From contig MFEY01000007.1 of assembly GCA_001780035.1 (NCBI GenBank), positions 198,343-262,342 on the forward strand: DNA of 64,000 bases, in the 5' to 3' direction. The stretch is from Candidatus Doudnabacteria bacterium RIFCSPHIGHO2_12_FULL_48_16 (GTDB taxonomy: Bacteria; Patescibacteriota; Doudnabacteria; UBA920; O2-02-FULL-48-8). A model generated the notes under the pieces. That model searched no databases, had not been told where the DNA came from, and saw nothing but the letters and a program-made list of their open reading frames with translations. Positions 56,721 to 64,000 of this stretch are shown here, piece after piece. How positions within the stretch are numbered: position 1 is the first letter of the stretch; the number at the start of each line of letters is the position of its first letter. A program made the position numbers and the translations under genes.

Positions 56721-57860
56721 TTAGCCGACGATCTTGTCCCAAAAACTCTCATCAACTTGCGCGCTCTCGCCCGACTCTTCCGATAATTTTTTGAAGAGTT
56801 CTTTTTCTTTCTTATTAAGCTTGGTCGGCGTCACCACTCGCACCGTGAGCAGATGGTCACCGCGGCCGGAACCGTTAAGGATTGGCGCGCCGCGGCCTTT
56901 GAGTCGGAAAACTTTGCCTGACTGCGTGCCGGCCGGAATTTTGACCTGCGCTTTTCCATCCACGGTCGGTACATCCAGGATCGTGCCCAGGGCGGCTTGA
57001 TAAAAACTAATCGGAATTTCAGAAAAAACCGCGGCTCCTTCCCGCTTAAAACCGGATTTAGTCGCCACCCGCAATTGTAAATACAAATCGCCAAAATTTG
57101 AGCCTTTGTAGCCGACTTCGCCTTCTTTGCTGATCCGAATCCGCTGGCCGTTCTCCACCCCAGCCGGAATTTTGACCTTGATAGTTTTGGTCCGGCGCTG
57201 CTGGCCCGATCCTTTGCAAACCGAGCAGGCCCGTTCCGCCACTTTACCATTGCCATCACAACGATCACAGGTGCTGACCGAAGACATCTGGCCGAGGATC
57301 GTTTGGCGCGTAACCCGAATCTGGCCCTGGCCGTGGCATTTGGGACAAGTGTTGATTTTACTGCCGGGTTCGGCGCCTGAGCCGGAACAATGTTCGCAGG
57401 CATCGGTTTTTTCTAAGCTAATTTCTTTTTCCACTCCGAAAACGGCCTCGTCAAAAGACAGATCCATTGCCATTTCCAAATCAACTCCGCGCTCCCGCCG
57501 CGGTCGCCGGCCGCCACCAAAAATATTGCTAAAGATATCCATCGGGTCGTCAAAATCAAACCCGCCAAAACCCTGGGCAAAATCATTAAAATCAAATCCT
57601 TGGGCATTAAAACCGCCCTGTTGCGCACCCTGGCCGCGCGCCTGGTTCTGGTTGAAGGTCGTGCCAAACCGGTCATACTGCTGCCGTTTGCCCGGGTCGG
57701 ATAAGACCTGATAAGCTTCGCTGACTTCCTTAAATTTTGACTCGCTGCCCGCGCCCTTATCCGGATGGTACTGGTGGGCCAGCTTGCGATAGGCGCGTTT
57801 AATTTCCTCTGCCGAGGCAGATTTGGAAATACCTAGGATTTGGTAATAATCTTGCGCCAT
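56721..57860 (-). CDS. dnaJ: Chaperone DnaJ
   Basis: J domain ([32 protein letters not shown]), G/F region, four CxxCxGxG repeats. Confidence 0.95.
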   Translation of the reverse strand: MAQDYYQILGISKSASAEEIKRAYRKLAHQYHPDKGAGSESKFKEVSEAYQVLSDPGKRQQYDRFGTTFNQNQARGQGAQQGGFNAQGFDFNDFAQGFGGFDFDDPMDIFSNIFGGGRRPRRERGVDLEMAMDLSFDEAVFGVEKEISLEKTDACEHCSGSGAEPGSKINTCPKCHGQGQIRVTRQTILGQMSSVSTCDRCDGNGKVAERACSVCKGSGQQRRTKTIKVKIPAGVENGQRIRISKEGEVGYKGSNFGDLYLQLRVATKSGFKREGAAVFSEIPISFYQAALGTILDVPTVDGKAQVKIPAGTQSGKVFRLKGRGAPILNGSGRGDHLLTVRVVTPTKLNKKEKELFKKLSEESGESAQVDESFWDKIVG

Positions 57861-57868
57861 AAACTTCC

Positions 57869-58843
57869 TTAAATTTGCAACTTATTGACTTCAACCTGGA
57901 CTTTTTCGATGCGGAAAAATTTAACCAGCAACAAAACCCGAAACAACAACCACACAATCAATGAAGTCAGCCAGATAAAAATGAAGGCCACGGTTCGCAG
58001 TAAAGCCACAATGATAATCGCGAAAATTACCGGAAAAAGCTTTTCGTGAGAGGCAGCCGCATGCTGGATCCGTTCCGCCGCCGCCCCGGCCACCACGTCG
58101 CCCAGCAACGGATTGCCAGAAATATTTATTTTGAACCGTTCGGCCAGCTGTTTTTTTAATTCTGCCAAAACCTGGTTCTTTTCCGCGGGCGGGACTTGCT
58201 GAAATTGCGGATCTTGCCGCTGCGCTTGTTTGACCACGAATTGTTCAAAGGTCTGATCGGGATCAAAATCGCCAAGGCCTTGCGGCACGTATTCCAGCCC
58301 TCGGGCGGCGTAACGGCCAATCTGGCCGTAGAATCGTTCCGGGTGCGTTTCAAAATCCCGGTTAATTTTATGGTAAACATTAAACCCCACCGCGATCAAT
58401 AAAGCATAGACCATGAGGTTGATAGCGGCGCTGACAATCCGATTGAGGGCAAAATCCGCCCGGGTTTTTTCATCGGAGCGGATCCGCCGTTCAAACAAAA
58501 AACTTAAAAAGAAGAACACTGCCCCGCCGGCCGCAATATACCAGTCCTTGGGCAACACGGCCAAATACCAGATCAGAATCCCCAGATTGGTGGCCCAAAA
58601 AATCCAAACCTTGGCATTCACAATTGCCAATAATGCCAAAAACCCTACCCCGACCGCGGCCAACAACAAAGGGAAGAGCCAAAACCCCTGTTCATGCGGG
58701 TGGCTCAAGCCGGCACCGAAAACTTGCCAAGCGGTGCCGAAGCTTATGATCGCCAAGACCGCCAAAAAAGCAGCCTTGAGCAAGCGAACCTGGTGGGTCC
58801 AGTCCGGGGCTTGCAGCCCCTGAGGCAAAGTTTTATTTTCCAT
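57869..58843 (-). CDS. Hypothetical membrane protein (between dnaK and dnaJ)
   Basis: Start at internal MENKTLPQ. Several TM helices. The track ORF is N-terminally over-extended. Confidence 0.45.
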   Translation of the reverse strand: MENKTLPQGLQAPDWTHQVRLLKAAFLAVLAIISFGTAWQVFGAGLSHPHEQGFWLFPLLLAAVGVGFLALLAIVNAKVWIFWATNLGILIWYLAVLPKDWYIAAGGAVFFFLSFLFERRIRSDEKTRADFALNRIVSAAINLMVYALLIAVGFNVYHKINRDFETHPERFYGQIGRYAARGLEYVPQGLGDFDPDQTFEQFVVKQAQRQDPQFQQVPPAEKNQVLAELKKQLAERFKINISGNPLLGDVVAGAAAERIQHAAASHEKLFPVIFAIIIVALLRTVAFIFIWLTSLIVWLLFRVLLLVKFFRIEKVQVEVNKLQI

Positions 58844-58859
58844 TTGATATGAGGTCGAT

Positions 58860-59168
58860 TTAAAACCCGAACTTAGATGATTCCGATGTCGCGGCCGGCG
58901 AGTTCGGCAGATTGCCTTCAATCTTGCCGAAGCTTTCTTCATAGCGCTTGAGATTGTCGTTGAGGGCGGCCACAATGCGCTTGAAGTGGCCGGGACTGGT
59001 AATGATTTTCGCGACTTCGATCCCCTGCGGGCCGAACACGCTCATAAAATCCAAAACAAACTCTTCTTTGTTGTGGGCTGCAAACATCAAGTTGGAATAC
59101 GCTCCCTTAAGTATACCATCCTCGATCTTGATATTGATATTCTGTTCCGGGTTTTTATTCTCAGCCAT
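58860..59168 (-). CDS. DUF3467 protein
   Basis: Start at MAENKNPEQ. YSNLMFAAHNKEEFVLDFMSVFGPQGIEVAKIITSPGHFKRIVAALNDNLKRYEE matches the DUF3467 pattern. Confidence 0.6.
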   Translation of the reverse strand: MAENKNPEQNINIKIEDGILKGAYSNLMFAAHNKEEFVLDFMSVFGPQGIEVAKIITSPGHFKRIVAALNDNLKRYEESFGKIEGNLPNSPAATSESSKFGF

Positions 59169-59169
59169 A

Positions 59170-61044
59170 TTATTTCTTCTCTTCATTAATGACTTCGGCA
59201 TCCACCGGCCCTTGGTCTTTGGGTTTTTCTGCACCCTCAGCGCTCGGCGCTGCCCCCTGATTTTGATACATCGCGGCGCCGACTTTTTGAATGGCGGCGG
59301 ACAATTCATCCATGGTTTTTTTGATCGGATCAATCTCCGGCTTGTCTTTGATGGCTTTCAGCGCGTCAATTTTGGCTTGGACATCTTGCTTGTCCTCATC
59401 CTTGACCTTATCGCCAGCATCTTTGAGGGTGCGTTCCGAAACAGCGATCAGGGTATCGGCCTGGTTTCTGGTTTCTATAACTTCCTTGTTCTTGCGATCC
59501 TCTTCCGCATGCATTTCGGCTTCCTTTTTCATGCGCTCAACTTCTTCTTTGGACAGGTTCGAGGAACCGGTGATCGTGATATCCTGCGATTTGCCAGTGG
59601 CCTTGTCTTTGGCCGTCACTTTCAAAATCCCATTAGCGTCGATATCAAACGTGACTTCGACCTGCGGCACGCCCCGCGGCGCTGGCGGGATACCGTCGAG
59701 GTGAAACCGGCCCAGCGACTTGTTGGCAGTGGCCATCGGCCGTTCGCCCTGCACAACGTTGATTTCAACTGAAGTCTGATTGTCAGCCGCCGTGGAAAAA
59801 GTTTGGGATTTGGAAGTCGGGATGGTGGTGTTGCGTTCGATTAAGGGAGTGGCCACACCGCCCAGAGTTTCCAGGCCCAAGGTCAGAGGCGTGACATCCA
59901 AGAGCAAAATTTCCTTGCCCTGAACGTCGCCGGAGAGCACGCCGGCCTGCACGGCCGCGCCCTTGGCCACGGCTTCCATCGGATCAATGCCGCGCTCCAC
60001 CTGCTTGCCGATATATTCTTCCACGAACTTTTGCACGGCCGGCATGCGGGTCGGCCCGCCGACCATAATAATCTTGCCGATATCGGTTGGGGTTAGTTTG
60101 GCATCGGTTAAAGCCTGCTGCACCGGATGCTTGAGCCGAAGCAGGATCGGCTTAACCAAATCTTCCAGCTTGGCCCGGGTCAGCTTCAAGTTCAAATGCT
60201 TTGGCCCGCCCGCATCGGCGGAGATAAACGGCAGGTTCAAATCGCTCTCCAGCACGGTGGAGAGTTCGATCTTGGCTTTTTCCACGGCTTCCCGCACACG
60301 GTTCATGGCCATCTTGTCATTGTTGAGATCCAAGCCGGTTTCACGTTTAAATTCCGACGCGACATAATCAATCAAGGCCTGGTCCATATCCTTGCCGCCG
60401 AGCTGCGTATCGCCGCTAGTGGACAGAACTTCGAACGTGGCCTGACCTTCATGCTCGCCAAAATCCATGATCGTGACATCGAGCGTACCGCCGCCCAAGT
60501 CAAACACCAAAATCTTCTGATCTTTGCCGGTTTTGTCCAAACCATAGGCAAAGGCCGCGGCCGTCGGCTCATTAATTACCCGCACGACCTCCAAGCCGGC
60601 AATTTCCCCGGCATTCTTGGTCGCTTGCCGCTGCGAATCATCAAAATAAGCCGGCACGGTAATCACGGCTTTGGCCACCGGCGCGCCCAGATAAGCTTCC
60701 GCGTCTTTCTTGATCTTTTGGAGCAAGAAGGCGGAGAGTTGTTCTGGCGCGTATTCCTTGGCTCCCCCGCCCGAAGCGGCGGGGCCACCGAGTTTGTATT
60801 TAAAGTTGGTGCCCATCTTGCGCTTGAATTCAAACGCCGTGCCTTCCGGATTGGTCACCGCCTGCCGGCGAGCCGGTTCTCCGACCAACAGCTGGCCGTC
60901 TTTCGTAAACGCCACGTAAGACGGAAAAGCCTTGCCCGCCATGGTCTGGCCTTCGGCTGACGGGATAATTACGGGCTTGCCCGCTTCCATCACCGCCGCG
61001 GCCGAGTTGGAAGTTCCCAAATCGATTCCTATAATTTTTGCCAT
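59170..61044 (-). CDS. dnaK: Chaperone DnaK (Hsp70)
   Basis: Start at [14 protein letters not shown]. Hsp70 signatures throughout. The track ORF has 27 spurious N-terminal codons. Confidence 0.95.
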   Translation of the reverse strand: MAKIIGIDLGTSNSAAAVMEAGKPVIIPSAEGQTMAGKAFPSYVAFTKDGQLLVGEPARRQAVTNPEGTAFEFKRKMGTNFKYKLGGPAASGGGAKEYAPEQLSAFLLQKIKKDAEAYLGAPVAKAVITVPAYFDDSQRQATKNAGEIAGLEVVRVINEPTAAAFAYGLDKTGKDQKILVFDLGGGTLDVTIMDFGEHEGQATFEVLSTSGDTQLGGKDMDQALIDYVASEFKRETGLDLNNDKMAMNRVREAVEKAKIELSTVLESDLNLPFISADAGGPKHLNLKLTRAKLEDLVKPILLRLKHPVQQALTDAKLTPTDIGKIIMVGGPTRMPAVQKFVEEYIGKQVERGIDPMEAVAKGAAVQAGVLSGDVQGKEILLLDVTPLTLGLETLGGVATPLIERNTTIPTSKSQTFSTAADNQTSVEINVVQGERPMATANKSLGRFHLDGIPPAPRGVPQVEVTFDIDANGILKVTAKDKATGKSQDITITGSSNLSKEEVERMKKEAEMHAEEDRKNKEVIETRNQADTLIAVSERTLKDAGDKVKDEDKQDVQAKIDALKAIKDKPEIDPIKKTMDELSAAIQKVGAAMYQNQGAAPSAEGAEKPKDQGPVDAEVINEEKK

Positions 61045-61282
61045 ACATATCCTTTCTTTAGCGAGGGTGTTGCTGAAAAATGAATTGTGAGGCCGAAGTT
61101 GCTTTACCGCAACGAGGCCGAGCACTTAGGTCTAAAATTCTGCGTCTGGCAAATTTTAGACCGTCATTTTTCACAATACCCGAGCGTTATTTCCCCACCG
61201 CAACTTTGGCGGGGATGATTATCCCGCCACCGAAAATTAATAACAAACGTCGGCGGGATCCCGCCAGAGGCGGGACTTGATA

Positions 61283-61771
61283 CTAATTAATTTTGGCTTT
61301 GCCAACCGCGACCTTGGCTGGAATAATCACTGCACCATTTAACATAAATCCTGGTTGCAATTCTTTGAGCACTTTGCCCACGTCGCCCGGCGTTTCCTCC
61401 ACCGCTTCGTGATGCGTGGGGTCGAACGGCTCGCCCACGGTTTTGATCTTCACGACTCCGAGTTCCTCCATGGTTTTTTCCAACTGCTGGATGGTCGCGC
61501 GAAGGCCGGTCAGCCAATCTTTATATTTATCATCCTTAGGGGCGTAAGTCAGGACTTGTTCGAGACTTTGCAGAGTGGGCATGAGTTTCATCACCGTCAC
61601 TTGTTTGGCGAATTCCAGCACCTCGCGGGTTTCGGCTTCCTTGCGCTTCTTGTAATTTTCAAAATCGGCCGCCGTGCGCTTCCAATTGGCGGTTAATTGC
61701 ACAATTTCATCTTCGGGGCTCAAAATTTCCGGTTCATCCGGATGGGCTGGAATTTGTTGTTCGTCTGCCAT
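61283..61771 (-). CDS. grpE: Nucleotide exchange factor GrpE
   Basis: 162 aa: coiled-coil N-terminus, C-terminal beta domain. Between hrcA and dnaK. Confidence 0.85.
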   Translation of the reverse strand: MADEQQIPAHPDEPEILSPEDEIVQLTANWKRTAADFENYKKRKEAETREVLEFAKQVTVMKLMPTLQSLEQVLTYAPKDDKYKDWLTGLRATIQQLEKTMEELGVVKIKTVGEPFDPTHHEAVEETPGDVGKVLKELQPGFMLNGAVIIPAKVAVGKAKIN

Positions 61772-61782
61772 GGATTAATAAT

Positions 61783-62520
61783 TTAAAATTTAACATTTAT
61801 AATTAAGAAGATAATTGCGGCGCCGGAAATTAGCTTCGCCAAATACTCGATAATAGACAGATTCTTGGCGTAGGCCATGCGCTTCGGGCCAATAATTCCA
61901 ATCACGCCTTGCTTGCCATCTTTCATGCGGACATTCGATACGATTAAACTCAAGTTCTTCGGCACCGGCACCGGTGATTCACCACCAATGATGGCTTCGA
62001 CCGTCACATCGGTTTTCTTGATCAATTTGTTCGCGCTCTGATCAATGTTTTCCAAAAGCTGCGCCACTTGCTTCATGGTTTTTGGATCAGTGAATTCCGG
62101 ATCCCCGATAATATGGGAGAGTCCGGTAGCAGACGATTGATTGGGTAAGAGCGCGAACGCAGCTTGCCCAGAAACTTGAGACAAAAGATTCGATATGGAT
62201 TTGCCCAATTGCTCGTGCTGGGCATTCAGCTTCACAAGCTCGCCTTTGAGCATCCGGCGTTCCTTTTCTGATAGCTCAAACCGGCGCATCAATTCGTTAA
62301 CGAAAAACCGGTAGCCCCGATCAGTCGGCACGCGGCCTGCGGATTTGTGCGGCTGCATAATAAACCCGGCCTTTTCCAGGGCGGCCATTTCATTGCGGAT
62401 TGTGGCCGAGGATTCCTTGAAATGGTATTTCTCGACCAATTCCTTGGAGCCGACCGGGTTGGCCGTTTCCGAGTATTCTTTGACAATGGCGGCTAAAATC
62501 CGCTGTTGGCGTAATTCCAT
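61783..62520 (-). CDS. hrcA: Heat-inducible transcription repressor HrcA
   Basis: Start at internal MELRQQRILAAIVKEYSETANPVGSKEL (wHTH). CIRCE operators immediately upstream. Confidence 0.85.
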   Translation of the reverse strand: MELRQQRILAAIVKEYSETANPVGSKELVEKYHFKESSATIRNEMAALEKAGFIMQPHKSAGRVPTDRGYRFFVNELMRRFELSEKERRMLKGELVKLNAQHEQLGKSISNLLSQVSGQAAFALLPNQSSATGLSHIIGDPEFTDPKTMKQVAQLLENIDQSANKLIKKTDVTVEAIIGGESPVPVPKNLSLIVSNVRMKDGKQGVIGIIGPKRMAYAKNLSIIEYLAKLISGAAIIFLIINVKF

Positions 62521-62567
62521 AAAATTTCGGAGAAATTTTACCCCGACCGAAGCGTCGGGGTAGCTTC

Positions 62568-62632
62568 TGGCACTAACTGACTCAGAGTGCCAAATAATTA
62601 TATTATTGGCACTCAAAGATGTCAAGTGCTAA
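62568..62632. promoter_or_regulatory. Two tandem CIRCE-like operators upstream of hrcA-grpE-dnaK
   Basis: TTGGCACTC-AAAGATGTC-AAGTGCTAA (one mismatch per half versus TTAGCACTC-N9-GAGTGCTAA), and a weaker TGGCACTAA-N9-AGAGTGCCA. Confidence 0.65.
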
Positions 62633-62645
62633 AAAGCCGCCATTT

Positions 62646-63521
62646 TTAGCGGCTAATCAGTTTAGCTGGATTACTGACCAACATCGTTTTTATTTCCCGC
62701 AAAGTTATCCCCTCCTGGATAAGGAGGTGCGTAAAATCCAATAATGCCTGATCAGGAGATTTGCTGAACACTTGGCCCATATCGGAACTAAGGATACAAC
62801 GGTCGGCGCCAATAACTTTTATCTGCCGCGCAATTTTCGAGATTGGTATTTTATCAATGGAATACATGGAATAACATTGTTCAATATACGCCCCTCGATC
62901 AGCCAGTTCTTTTTGCAAACCAAGTGACATGTTAATTTTTTGGTAAATCGGGTGAGTAACGATGATTCGTTTGATCCCCAATTGAACTGCCCGCCGGACC
63001 AATATCTGCGATTCTTGAGATGATATATGACCAGTCGCCAGGATGGCATTATAATTTTTGATAGCCTTTAAGACAGACAAGACTTCCGGTTTTAATCTTT
63101 GATCGTGACAAATACTATAACCTTCGAGCCTTTGATTTTTAATTTTTAATTTCCCTTTCGACCATTCCGGCGGAATTTCATATTTTTGCTTTCGGAGAAT
63201 GTTGGCCGCGCTTATCGTGGGGAACCAAACGATAATCGGTCGTTGGCTCAACTCAGCCACGGCGGTGATAATCTTATCATTAAAACCGCCGACATATTGA
63301 TTTAGAGCCACAGAAAAGATAATTCTCGGGCTGAGTGATTTGAAGGCCCCTCGGGAAGCCATGGCGACCGTGGGGAAAAAGTGATTTTTGACTCCAATCG
63401 CCTTAATCTTTCCTCGCTGGTCTTTAATTAACTCGGCCAAAGTGAATTTCCGCGGAATTATTTCCGGACCGATGTGAACATGCAGATCAATTGCTTGTCG
63501 GATAATTTTTTTAAGATTCAT
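62646..63521 (-). CDS. Metal-dependent hydrolase (amidohydrolase/TIM-barrel-like, DxHxH motif)
   Basis: N-terminal DLHVHIGPE. 291 aa. No further resolution possible by eye. Confidence 0.35.
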   Translation of the reverse strand: MNLKKIIRQAIDLHVHIGPEIIPRKFTLAELIKDQRGKIKAIGVKNHFFPTVAMASRGAFKSLSPRIIFSVALNQYVGGFNDKIITAVAELSQRPIIVWFPTISAANILRKQKYEIPPEWSKGKLKIKNQRLEGYSICHDQRLKPEVLSVLKAIKNYNAILATGHISSQESQILVRRAVQLGIKRIIVTHPIYQKINMSLGLQKELADRGAYIEQCYSMYSIDKIPISKIARQIKVIGADRCILSSDMGQVFSKSPDQALLDFTHLLIQEGITLREIKTMLVSNPAKLISR

Positions 63522-63583
63522 AAATGCTAAATAAAATTAAGAGAACGGATCGACGGGCCAGCGCCGATCCGTTTGTGAGTGGC

Positions 63584-63949
63584 CTAGCCCATCCAGGGTC
63601 GCTGCAACTCGGGTGGCACCAGGTAAAGCCGCGGCAGCTCCCCATCAACATGGTCGTCCTTATGCCTGGCCACAGCGGAGACTTTGATCGGTGAAAACTG
63701 CTGCTCGATAAGCGTAGCTTCGGTCAGCCGTTCAATGAGGTAGGGTCGATGATCCGCGCCTAACCCCATATTCCGGGCCGTGGTTGCGGCCTTGGCTTCC
63801 AGCCACGGTGGGAAATATTGCTGAAAGTTGGCCGCAATGTCGGCGCGAAGCACAGAGGCCGCCGGATCAAATTCCGACCAGAGCCGGAATTCAGCTTGAG
63901 GAATCAGCCCTGCCAGATGCTCGCGAAAGCTGGCAAAATATTCATCCAC
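63584..63949 (-). CDS. Hypothetical protein (GC-rich)
   Basis: 121-aa ORF with balanced composition. No motif recognised. Confidence 0.3.
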   Translation of the reverse strand: MDEYFASFREHLAGLIPQAEFRLWSEFDPAASVLRADIAANFQQYFPPWLEAKAATTARNMGLGADHRPYLIERLTEATLIEQQFSPIKVSAVARHKDDHVDGELPRLYLVPPELQRPWMG

Positions 63950-64000
63950 AGCCGGTGCCGGCAGCGAGTTGATGCGGCTGCCGTAGATGTCCGCCCCCAG

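Overview
This window reads as a chromosomal segment from a small-genome, Gram-positive-like bacterium, most consistent with Candidate Phyla Radiation / Patescibacteria. It is housekeeping-dense, mostly minus-strand, with GC roughly in the low-to-mid 50s percent.

Recognisable core genes include groES-groEL, hrcA-grpE-dnaK...dnaJ preceded by CIRCE operators, ftsA-ftsZ, topA, dprA, der, pth, hisS, nusB, rpmF, rpsU, mutM, lepB, nrdR-nrdJ with NrdR boxes, an AdoCbl adenosyltransferase, comEC, dus, ndh, rluB and HU. There are four tRNAs: Gly-TCC, Pro-TGG, Val-CAC and Lys-TTT.

Putative surface or envelope proteins include a 1372-aa Thr/Ser-rich surface protein, a lamin-tail-domain protein ending in an LPRTG sorting signal, and an LCP protein.

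Scattered among these are compositionally distinct, GC-richer accessory genes: proC flanked by two tRNAs, uppS, a pentein-fold enzyme, and a CphA-like ATP-grasp protein followed by pyrE-pyrF.

The most unusual locus is a ~3 kb GC-rich island between rpmF and groEL (about 11800-15060). It encodes seven or more tiny membrane or Cys-containing peptides in one orientation. They share a GTGTGAGGT ribosome-binding context and ATGA start/stop overlaps, and are separated by a repeated 26-nt motif and long imperfect palindromes. The island has no integrase and no recognisable homologs.

The window is also peppered with families of structured repeats: a 60-nt two-hairpin element in three copies with compensatory substitutions, MITE-like elements with CCCCGTTAGAAAT terminal inverted repeats, CCGAC/GTCGG hairpins, and paired hairpin elements following acquired genes.

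Coordinates of non-CDS features were hand-counted from the printed sequence and may be off by a few nt.
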